A stretch of DNA of 34,385 bases. It comes from Chloroflexota bacterium. Lineage in GTDB: Bacteria > Chloroflexota > Limnocylindria > Limnocylindrales > CSP1-4. The stretch is from the NCBI GenBank assembly GCA_015661135.1, contig JACVXW010000007.1, positions 3,062-37,446 of the forward strand, written 5' to 3'. The translations under genes were made by a program, and so were the position numbers. Every line of letters begins with the position of its first letter. Position 1 is the stretch's first letter. Below are positions 9,669-17,420 of this stretch, in pieces. The notes under the pieces were generated by a model. The model was not told where the DNA came from, did not search any database, and saw only the letters and a list, made by a program, of their open reading frames with translations.

Positions 9669-10858
9669 CGTACCGCCGCCAGCGACCCTGCCGCGGCTGC
9701 ACCATCGGCGGCGGTCGGGCCATCCAGCGTGGCGCCCTCGGATGCCGGATCAACCCTCCAGGTGGTGGCGATTCGACGAAGGGCAGGGTCGAGGTCCTCG
9801 AGCGTCGTGGTGGTCACAAACGCCTGCGGGAGCTCGGCAATCCGCCGGACGAGGTGGGCTCGCCGGTCCGGGTCCAGCTCCGAGAAGACGTCGTCCAGGA
9901 GAAGGAGAGGCGGTCGGCCGTCGTGGGCGGTGAGGAGATCCAGCTCCGCGAGCTTGAAGGCCAGGATGGCTGTTCGCTGCTGGCCGCGGGAGGCGAACGT
10001 CGCCAGGTCACGGCCGTCCAGGACGAACGACAGGTCGTCGCGATGCGGGCCCACCAGCGTGGACCCGTTCCATGCCTCCTTGTCCGCCGTCTCGACGAGG
10101 CGCCGGGCCAGGGCCTCGCGGGGTGTCTCCCCGGCCCCGGCGGGTGCGTTCGTCTCGTAGCGCAGCCGCAGGGAGGCCTGGGCGGCCTCCTCAGGCGCGA
10201 TCTCGGCGTGGGCGGCACCCAGGGCCGGTCCGAGCTCGTGGAGCAGCTGGAGGCGGGCAGTCACGATGGCCCCGCCGGCGTCCAGGAACGGCTGGTCCCA
10301 GTAGCGAAGGTCGGCGCGCTCCGCCCGCTCCTCGCGGATTGCCCGGAGCAGCCCGTTGCGCTGCTGGAGGGCGCGGCCGTACGTCGAGAGGGCGGCGGCG
10401 TAGCCGGGCGATCGGCTCGCCGCGATGCGGTCGATGGCCGTCCTCCGGAGCGATGGGGAGCCGGCGACCAGGAGCATCTCCTCCGGCGCGAAGATGACGA
10501 TCCGGAGGACGGCGGCGAGGGTCGCGGGTCGCCGGGCCACGCCGTTCACCCGGATCCGCTTCCGGCCGCCGGCCGTGGCCGTGGGGCTCCCGGGCCGAAC
10601 GAGCGCGATGTCGACGGTATCGGCGCCCACGGTGCCCTCCACCCGAGCCAGGTCCGAGCCCCACCGGATCAGCTCGGTGTCCGTCGTGGTCCGATGCGAG
10701 TGCCCCCAGGCAAGGAGGACGATGGCCTCGAGGAGACTGGTCTTGCCAGCGGCGTTCGGACCCCAGACGAGCTGCGGCCCCGGCCCGAAGGAGGCCTCGA
10801 GCGCGCCGTACCCGCGAAGGTCGGCGAGGCGGATCGACGCGAGCGTGGCGACCCTCAG
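9665..10858 (-). CDS. recF: DNA replication/repair protein RecF (probable CTG start)
   Basis: The frame is open 72 codons upstream of the ORF-track start and encodes Walker A GPNAAGKTSLLEAI. Also GPHRDDL, SRGQQRT and LLLDDVFSELD. Confidence 0.92.
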   Translation of the reverse strand: MRVATLASIRLADLRGYGALEASFGPGPQLVWGPNAAGKTSLLEAIVLLAWGHSHRTTTDTELIRWGSDLARVEGTVGADTVDIALVRPGSPTATAGGRKRIRVNGVARRPATLAAVLRIVIFAPEEMLLVAGSPSLRRTAIDRIAASRSPGYAAALSTYGRALQQRNGLLRAIREERAERADLRYWDQPFLDAGGAIVTARLQLLHELGPALGAAHAEIAPEEAAQASLRLRYETNAPAGAGETPREALARRLVETADKEAWNGSTLVGPHRDDLSFVLDGRDLATFASRGQQRTAILAFKLAELDLLTAHDGRPPLLLLDDVFSELDPDRRAHLVRRIAELPQAFVTTTTLEDLDPALRRIATTWRVDPASEGATLDGPTAADGAAAAGSLAAVR

Positions 10859-11973
10859 GAAGTGGTACGGACCGGCATCACGACGTGGACGTACTGGTCG
10901 TCGCCGATCGGCTTGAAGACACCGGGGGCCAGTGGGCCCTGGAGTTCGATGGCGAACTGCTCCGCGCCGACATTCGTCAGGACGTCCGCCAGGTACTTGG
11001 CGTTGAACGCAATGGTGGTCCCGTCGCCTTCCACCACCGCCTCGACCTGGCCAACGTGATCGCCCACCTCGGCATTGGCGCTGACCGTGATCCCGGCCGA
11101 GCCATCCGAGCCGAACTGGAGCTTGACGATGTTGGCGGATTCGTGAGCGATGAGGGCGGCGGGCCGGACGGCACGCAGGAGCTCCTCGCGATCGAGGATC
11201 GCCCGGGTGGTGTGCGCCTTGGGCATGACCGTCTGGTAGTTCGGGAACTGGCCGTCGATGAGTCGGCTGACGATATCCACGCCCTCGAGATGGAAGAGGA
11301 TCTGGTTGCGGGCCTGGGCAAGGACGATCTCGACCGGCTCATCCGTGTCCGACAGGACGCGCATCAGCTCGTTCAGGGCGCGCGCCGGCACGACCACGCT
11401 CGTCTCCGCAACGGCATCGAGAATCGGGATCGTCTTCACCGCGATCCGGTAGTTGTCGGCCGCGGCGAGCGTCAGGCTGTCCCCTTCGAATTTCGCGAGG
11501 ACGCCGGTGAGGATGGGGCGGGCTTCGTCCGTGGCCGCCGCGAAGGCTGTCTCGCCGAGCGCCTGGCGGAGGACGTTCTGGGCAATCCTCGTGGTGGGTC
11601 GTTCGCCGGTTGCCTGGATGGCCGGGAACTCATCCGCGTCAATCCCCTTGATGTGCGACTCGAACCGGCCGCAACGGATATCCAGCGTCTCGTTCGTCCC
11701 GAGCTCGAGGTCGATGCGATCCCCACCCTGGAGGGAGTTCACCAGGTCCGTCAGAAGCTTTGCCGGCACCGTCGTGGCGCCGTCCGATTCGATCTTGCCG
11801 GGTACCCAGTAGGTGATCCCGATCTCGAGATTGGTGGCGGTTAACTTGAGGCCGGCGTCCTCCGTGCGGAGCAGGACGTTGGCAAGCACGGGTAGCGTGC
11901 TGCGCGCAGAGACGGCGCGACTGACCACGGACAGGCCGCGCGCCAGGTTCTCCTGCATGACCGAAAGCTTCAC
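10855..11973 (-). CDS. dnaN: DNA polymerase III beta sliding clamp
   Basis: 372 aa; ATNLEIGI, SRLIDGQFPNY and C-terminal VVMPVR; downstream of dnaA. Confidence 0.97.
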   Translation of the reverse strand: MKLSVMQENLARGLSVVSRAVSARSTLPVLANVLLRTEDAGLKLTATNLEIGITYWVPGKIESDGATTVPAKLLTDLVNSLQGGDRIDLELGTNETLDIRCGRFESHIKGIDADEFPAIQATGERPTTRIAQNVLRQALGETAFAAATDEARPILTGVLAKFEGDSLTLAAADNYRIAVKTIPILDAVAETSVVVPARALNELMRVLSDTDEPVEIVLAQARNQILFHLEGVDIVSRLIDGQFPNYQTVMPKAHTTRAILDREELLRAVRPAALIAHESANIVKLQFGSDGSAGITVSANAEVGDHVGQVEAVVEGDGTTIAFNAKYLADVLTNVGAEQFAIELQGPLAPGVFKPIGDDQYVHVVMPVRTTS

Positions 11974-12478
11974 GTCGATTCCACTCCACAGCGGGTGCGT
12001 TGACGGGCGAGTCTGATGGTACGGGCGCGCGACATGGTCGGATGGGCGGGGGCGCGCTCGCGGGCGCCATCCCGGGGGGCGCTACCGATCGAGCCGCCGC
12101 GTCCGGGCGGGGCGTTCGGGCCCCGGTCCGGCCGTCCGGTTCACTGTGTATCTTCCTCCATTCTCAACGACTCGTCATCATCGTCATCATGCTGTTGATA
12201 CGGTGGACGGCCATGCTCGATCCTGTTCGTCTTGACCGTGGGTGACCCGGCCCGCCGGTGTGGAATTCGCGTCCCCGGCCCCAGCTCGTCGGTGCATCGC
12301 CAGGGACCGGCTGTGGATGGCGCACGGACCCTCGCGTTCCGGCCGCCACAGCGTCCACGCTCGGGGACCGTCAGCGCACGCCCGGCCTCCCCCCGGGCCG
12401 CTCTCAACGGCGCTTCCCCACTGCCACCGCCGCGGTTGTCCACCACCACCGACTCCGGTGGAGGGCGGGTAGCCGGCC
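11974..12478. other. Probable chromosomal replication origin (oriC)
   Basis: Non-coding dnaA-dnaN spacer with many degenerate DnaA boxes (TTGTCCACC 12436-12444; CCATCCACA on minus 12312-12320; AATTCCACA on minus 12259-12267; GCGTCCACG 12351-12359). Tandem boxes at 12193-12210 abut a trinucleotide run (12172-12190) and a locally AT-richer patch. Confidence 0.8.
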
Positions 12479-13795
12479 TCAGTCGCAGGCGTGGAGGACC
12501 GTCGAGTGGTCTCGCCCGCCGAGCTCCGCGCCGATCCGGAGGAGTGAGACGTCCGTCTCCGCGCGCATGAGGAACATCGCGATCTGGCGCGGCACCACGA
12601 TGACCTTGTCCCGCTTCTGGCCCTTGAGGGCGTCCAGGCCCACGCCGTAGTAGTCCGACACGGCCTTGACGATCCGTTCCGGGGTGATCTGGCGCTTCTT
12701 GGGGTTGTACAGGACGTTCGACAGGACCGCCTGGGCCAGCTCGATCGAGATCGGCATGGCACCCATCGACGCGTAGGCGACGATGCGGTTGAGCGCACCC
12801 TCGAGCTCGCGGATGTTGCTGACGACCTTGCGGGCGATGAACTCGATGACGTCCGAGGTGATCGGCACCCCGCCCTCCTCGGCCTTGGCCCGGAGGATCG
12901 CGATCCTGGTCTCGAGGTCCGGGGCGGTGAGGTCGGCGATCAGACCCCACTCGAAGCGGCTCCGAAGCCGCTCCTCGAGGGTCAGGATCGCCTTCGGCGG
13001 GCGGTCGGACGACAGCACGATCTGCTTGCCATCTTCGTGGATCGCGTTGAACGTGTGGAAGAACTCCTCCTGGGTCCGCTCCTTGTCCGCGATGAACTGG
13101 ATGTCGTCGATGAGGAGGAGGTCGATCCGCCGGTAGCGGGCCCGGAACTCGTCGATCTTGCCCTGCTGGATCGACGTGATGAACTCGTTGGTGAACTTCT
13201 CCGACGTGGCGTAGACGACCCGCTTCCGCGGAAACTTGGCCGCGACCTGGTTCCCGATGGCGTGCATCAGGTGGGTCTTGCCCAGGCCGACCCCGCCGTA
13301 CAGGAAGAGCGGGTTGTAGGCGTGGCCGGGACGCTCGGCCACGGACAGGCTGGCGGCGTGGGCGAGGCGGTTGGCCGAGCCGACGATGAAGTTGGCGAAC
13401 GTGTAGCGGGCGTTGATGTTCGTCGAGCCGCCGTCCCCGCCGACCCGGGTGGCCTCCACCCGGACGTGCTGCGAGCTAGGTGTGGCGACCGGCCGTTCGG
13501 GCAGGGTCGCCTGCGCCTCGGCTTCGGCTGCCTCGGCGGCCACCTCCGGGCTCGTCCCGACGACGAAGTCCACGAGGACGCTGTAGCCGACGATCCGCGC
13601 GAGCGTCTGGGAGATCAGCGATCGATACCGAGTCTCCAGCCAGTCCTTCGCGAATGCGTTCGGGACGGCGATCCGAAAGCGGTTGTCGTCGACATCCACG
13701 AGCGTGGTGTCACGCAGCCAGGTCTCGAAGTTCGCCGGGGAGAGCGACACCTGGAGCTCCCCGAGGGCAGCGCGCCAGACCTGCTTCGCGTCCAT
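12479..13795 (-). CDS. dnaA: Chromosomal replication initiator DnaA; C-terminus truncated in this sequence
   Basis: YNPLFLYGGVGLGKTHL, LLIDDIQF, RLRSRFEWGL, NIRELEGAL and GGRDHSTVLHA motifs. Stops right after HACD. Start is ATG 13795 (alternative GTG 13813). Confidence 0.97.
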   Translation of the reverse strand: MDAKQVWRAALGELQVSLSPANFETWLRDTTLVDVDDNRFRIAVPNAFAKDWLETRYRSLISQTLARIVGYSVLVDFVVGTSPEVAAEAAEAEAQATLPERPVATPSSQHVRVEATRVGGDGGSTNINARYTFANFIVGSANRLAHAASLSVAERPGHAYNPLFLYGGVGLGKTHLMHAIGNQVAAKFPRKRVVYATSEKFTNEFITSIQQGKIDEFRARYRRIDLLLIDDIQFIADKERTQEEFFHTFNAIHEDGKQIVLSSDRPPKAILTLEERLRSRFEWGLIADLTAPDLETRIAILRAKAEEGGVPITSDVIEFIARKVVSNIRELEGALNRIVAYASMGAMPISIELAQAVLSNVLYNPKKRQITPERIVKAVSDYYGVGLDALKGQKRDKVIVVPRQIAMFLMRAETDVSLLRIGAELGGRDHSTVLHACD

Positions 13796-13975
13796 TCGTC
13801 GATGACGGCTCACTGTGGGAGGGGCTGTATGGATGGGCGGCCGGAACGGAAATCGCGGGTGTCGTCGCGCCGGGACCGCCGGGGAGCTGGGTCGAGTCGA
13901 GGAGCGGCTGGGAGGGTCTGCCTCACCCCTCGAGCCGGGTCTCTTGCGGGCTGACCGAGGTGCCGAGGGTCACGA

Positions 13976-14004
13976 AAGATAGCACCGCGCACCGGGCCTC
14001 GCAA
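13976..14004 (-). promoter_or_regulatory. Sigma70-type promoter for dnaA
   Basis: TTGCGA-17 nt-TATCTT on the minus strand, with an extended -10 (TGC-TATCTT). Confidence 0.7.
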
Positions 14005-14013
14005 GGTAATTCT

Positions 14014-14036
14014 GCGATACTCCATGGGAGTATCGC
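14014..14036. promoter_or_regulatory. Perfect inverted repeat between the divergent dnaA and rpmH promoters (candidate operator)
   Basis: GCGATACTCC-ATG-GGAGTATCGC, 10-bp arms. Confidence 0.45.
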
Positions 14037-14070
14037 CCCCAGGGTGCCTGCTGCCGCCGCTCCCGCGCGT

Positions 14071-14100
14071 TTGACACCCCTTCTCGCCCGGACCTATCAT
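14071..14100 (+). promoter_or_regulatory. Sigma70-type promoter for the rpmH operon
   Basis: TTGACA-18 nt-TATCAT. Confidence 0.75.
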
Positions 14101-14216
14101 CCCCCGGACATGAACGCGCCAACGCGCCGATGGGCGCACGGCGCGTTTGCGTGCCTTCAGGGGTTCACCACCGACTCGACCCCGAGGCCCGATGAAGAGG
14201 GATCCGCGAAACCCCG

Positions 14217-14351
14217 ATGAAGCAGACCTACCAGCCCAAGAAGCGACATCGTGCCAAGGAGCACGGCTTCCGCGCCCGGATGAAATCCACGGGCGGCCGC
14301 CGCGTTCTCGCCGCACGACGAGCACGCGGCCGGAAGCGCCTGACGGTCTGA
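14217..14351 (+). CDS. rpmH: 50S ribosomal protein L34
   Basis: Manual translation [44 protein letters not shown] (44 aa); divergent from dnaA. Confidence 0.97.
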   Translation: MKQTYQPKKRHRAKEHGFRARMKSTGGRRVLAARRARGRKRLTV

Positions 14352-14386
14352 CGGACGGTCGCGGCCGGCATCAGCCGCGTCTGGTG

Positions 14387-14719
14387 ATGCTCTCGCGCCC
14401 GCAGGACTTCGCGGCGCTTCAGGAGCGTGGGACGATGCGATCCCACCCCATCCTCGCCGCACGGATCGCTCGAACGGACCTCGAGACCACGCGGTTCGGG
14501 TTCGCGACCGGCCGGGCACTCGGCTCGGCGGTCGTCCGGAATCGCATTCGGCGACGACTTCGCGAGGAACTGAGGGTGATGGCACCGATGTTTCAGCCGG
14601 GCTGGGACATCCTGTTGATCGCCCGGCCGGCGATCGTGGATGCCGGGCAGGACACACTGGCGGCGGCGCTCCGCCGGCTGCTCAGCCGGGACGGCGTCCT
14701 TGGAGGAAGCGAATCTTGA
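14387..14719 (+). CDS. rnpA: Ribonuclease P protein component (start ATG 14387, or possibly CTG 14348)
   Basis: RFGFATGRALGSAVVRNRIRRRLRE (RNR motif); lies between rpmH and yidD. Confidence 0.93.
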   Translation: MLSRPQDFAALQERGTMRSHPILAARIARTDLETTRFGFATGRALGSAVVRNRIRRRLREELRVMAPMFQPGWDILLIARPAIVDAGQDTLAAALRRLLSRDGVLGGSES

Positions 14720-14922
14720 AGCGAATCGGGATCGGGTTGATCCACCTGTACCGCTTCGCGTTCGCCTGGCTCCCGTCCGCCTGTCGTTTTGAACCAACCT
14801 GCTCACGCTATACCGAACAGGCCATCGATCGGTATGGACTCCTGCGCGGCTCCTGGATGGGCGCTCGTCGGATCGCCAGCTGCCACCCCGGCAATCCCGG
14901 CGGGTACGACCCCGTCAGATGA
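14716..14922 (+). CDS. yidD: Membrane protein insertion efficiency factor YidD
   Basis: CRFEPTCSRY and CHPGNPGGYDPV motifs; TTGA overlap with rnpA. Confidence 0.95.
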   Translation: MKRIGIGLIHLYRFAFAWLPSACRFEPTCSRYTEQAIDRYGLLRGSWMGARRIASCHPGNPGGYDPVR

Positions 14923-14941
14923 ACGAGGACCCCACCGCGTG

Positions 14942-16117
14942 ATGCTCCGCAGCCGTCTCATCCGGCTCGTGCCGCTCCTCCTGCTCATAGGGCTGGCGCT
15001 CGTCGTGGCCGGCTGCATCGGGGGAAACGCGTCCCTGGCCCCGGGCGTGACGCCGTCGCCGACGGCCACGCCGCCTGCCGCCATCCCGCTCGTCCCCGCC
15101 GAATTGAAGGCAGACCCGGTCAGCCCGTTTGCCTGGCTGTTCAACCCGATCTTCCAGGGGTTCTTCATCACCCTTGCGGTATTTGACCGGTGGACGAGCA
15201 ACATCGCGATCGCGATCGTGCTCCTCACCCTCCTGATCAAGGTCGTCCTCATCCCGCTCTTCCGGCGGCAGATCGTCTCGACGCGCCGAATGCAGCTCAT
15301 CGCTCCCGAGGCGAACGAGATCAAGCGCCGCTACAAGGGCGATCGGATGAAGATCCAGCAGGCCACGGCGCAGCTCTACAAGGAGCGTGGCGTCTCCGCG
15401 GTCGGCTGCCTGCCGATCTTCCTGCAGATGGTCCTGCTGATCCCGCTCTACACGGTCTTCAGCCAGGGCCTCACCAACTTCAACCCGCAGGCAATGCTCG
15501 ACGTCTTCGGCTTCCGCATCCTCGACCTCGGGTGCGACGCCCTCCCCATCGTCCTGTCGAGCGGCCACGTCGACAACCCGTGTCTCAACCCGTTCGCCTA
15601 TGGCGTCAACTGGGGCGTGCCGGAGGTCTTCGTTTCGTGGGGCCAGCCCGGGACCATCCTGTCCGGCCTGAGCCTCCTCGCGATCATATCGTCGCTGTTC
15701 CAGCTGGTCGCGTCGCGGATGACCGTCCCGCCGCCGAGCCCTTCGGACGACCAGAACATCAAGACGCAGCGCCAGATGGCGATCTTCCTGCCCTTCATCT
15801 CCCTGATCTACGGGAGCATCCTCCCGGCCGGCCTGTTCCTGTACTGGATCGTCTCCACGATCTTCTCGATCGTCCAGCAGTACCTGATCATCGGCTGGGG
15901 CGGGATGTTCCCGCTCTTCGGCTGGACACCACGCTTTGCCGTGGGCCACGAACCGCGCTTCCCGGTCGCCGCACCCACGGCGCCGACCCCTTCCTCGCGT
16001 GCGGCGGGAGCGCCCGCGCGAGCCAACCCGGACCGGTCCAGCCTTGACCGATCCGCAGCTGCCCAGGCCACCATCCGCCAGCGGGGCCGGCAGGGCCGAC
16101 GCGGCAGACGACGATAG
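14942..16117 (+). CDS. yidC: Membrane protein insertase YidC/Oxa1 family, with lipoprotein-like signal peptide
   Basis: AIVLLTLLIK, GCLPIFLQM and PAGLFLYWIVS motifs; N-terminal hydrophobic stretch ending VVAGC. Confidence 0.93.
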   Translation: MLRSRLIRLVPLLLLIGLALVVAGCIGGNASLAPGVTPSPTATPPAAIPLVPAELKADPVSPFAWLFNPIFQGFFITLAVFDRWTSNIAIAIVLLTLLIKVVLIPLFRRQIVSTRRMQLIAPEANEIKRRYKGDRMKIQQATAQLYKERGVSAVGCLPIFLQMVLLIPLYTVFSQGLTNFNPQAMLDVFGFRILDLGCDALPIVLSSGHVDNPCLNPFAYGVNWGVPEVFVSWGQPGTILSGLSLLAIISSLFQLVASRMTVPPPSPSDDQNIKTQRQMAIFLPFISLIYGSILPAGLFLYWIVSTIFSIVQQYLIIGWGGMFPLFGWTPRFAVGHEPRFPVAAPTAPTPSSRAAGAPARANPDRSSLDRSAAAQATIRQRGRQGRRGRRR

Positions 16118-16135
16118 AGATGAGTGACGACTGAC

Positions 16136-17239
16136 ATGAGTGCGTACCAGGAATTCACCGGCAAGTCCGTCGAGGAGGCCCTCCGTCTCGCGCGCGAAGC
16201 CTTCGGGGCCGGCCTTGACGACCTCGACTTCGAGATCCTGACACCCGGTAGCCGCGGCGTTCTGGGCATGGGTGCGGAGCCCGCCCGAATCCTCGCCGCG
16301 CCTCGATCCGAGCTCGGCGGGGCCGCCCCGAAGCGCGACGCCGCGTCCGCCCGACCGTTGCCGCCGCCCCCGGCCCGCGAAGACCGCGGTGACCGCCCGT
16401 CATTCGGCGACCGGGACCGTGGTCCGCGCCGGGATGACCGTGGCCCGCGCCGCGACGACCGACCCCGCGACGACCGACCCCGCGACGACCGACCCCGCGA
16501 CGACCGACCCCGCGACGACGACCGCGGCCCGCGACCGGACGCGCCATCACCCGCGGAACCCCGCGAGGATCGCAGCGACCGGCCTGCCTTCGGCGACCGT
16601 GACCGTGACCGGGACCGCGGCCCGCGCCGGGACGACCGCGGCCCGCGGCCCGACACTGCCGACCGCGGCTCGCGCCGCGCCCCCGACCTCACGGACCGCG
16701 AAGCCGCGGAGCTCGCCGCAGGGCGGGGCTCCGTCGCATCGGAGCGGGCTGAGCTGGAGGCCGCCGAGGCGTCGCCTGAGGCGCTTGCGGCCGGCAAGGT
16801 CATCCTCGAGAAGCTCCTCGACCTGATGGGCTTCAGCGTGGCGGTCACCGTCGAAGCCGCCGAGACGAGTCGCCTGAACGTGACCGGGGAGGGCGACGAG
16901 CGAGAGGCGCTCGGGGCCCTGATCGGCCGCAAGGGAGAGCGCCTCTCAGCCCTCCAGCACCTCGTCAACCTGATGCTTTCCAAGGAGATGGGCGGCTGGA
17001 CTCGGGTGCTCGTGGATGTCGAGGACTACCGCGGGCGGCGCGAGCGCCAGCTCCGCGAGATCGCCGAGCGGGCGGCCCAGCGGGTCGTCGAGACAGGCAA
17101 GATGCTCCAATTGGAGCCGATGCCGGCGCTCGAGCGAAGGTGGGTGCACCTGGCGCTCCGCAGTCACCCCGACGTCTCGACCCAGTCGATCGGCGAGGAG
17201 CCGAACCGGCGGATCGTGGTGCTGCCTCACTCGAGCTGA
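16136..17239 (+). CDS. jag: RNA-binding protein Jag/KhpB/EloR (Jag_N, KH, R3H)
   Basis: FTGKSVEEA, LIGRKGERLSALQHL, DVEDYRGRRE and LEPMPALERRWVH motifs; follows yidC. Confidence 0.93.
   Translation: MSAYQEFTGKSVEEALRLAREAFGAGLDDLDFEILTPGSRGVLGMGAEPARILAAPRSELGGAAPKRDAASARPLPPPPAREDRGDRPSFGDRDRGPRRDDRGPRRDDRPRDDRPRDDRPRDDRPRDDDRGPRPDAPSPAEPREDRSDRPAFGDRDRDRDRGPRRDDRGPRPDTADRGSRRAPDLTDREAAELAAGRGSVASERAELEAAEASPEALAAGKVILEKLLDLMGFSVAVTVEAAETSRLNVTGEGDEREALGALIGRKGERLSALQHLVNLMLSKEMGGWTRVLVDVEDYRGRRERQLREIAERAAQRVVETGKMLQLEPMPALERRWVHLALRSHPDVSTQSIGEEPNRRIVVLPHSS
16451..16519 (+). repeat. 15-bp tandem repeat (CGCGACGACCGACCC x4 plus partial) encoding RDDRP in the Jag linker
   Basis: Four perfect copies at 16451-16510, read directly. 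Confidence 0.95.
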
Positions 17240-17420
17240 CACCGGTGGCGGCCAAAGCCGCCTCGGCGCCTTCACGACGGGCAGGACCGGCCCCGGACGA
17301 TCGGGTCACTCGCACGACCCGGCGACACCCGTCACGATGGCCCGGGGGTGCGCGTCACCCCGTCGCTCGAATCCGTCCCAGGGGAGGGCTAGCCAGAGCC
17401 GATGCTAGGATGACCGGCCC

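Noticed and set aside
10850-10875. DnaN-RecF fusion by -1 frameshift
   Set aside because: No slippery heptamer precedes the dnaN stop; a CTG start is simpler.
17240-17420. Multi-hairpin ncRNA between jag and the VanW gene
   Set aside because: Several short GC stems are present (for example GGCGGC-caaa-GCCGCC), but they match no family I recognise and are expected at this GC content; probably terminator and promoter sequence.
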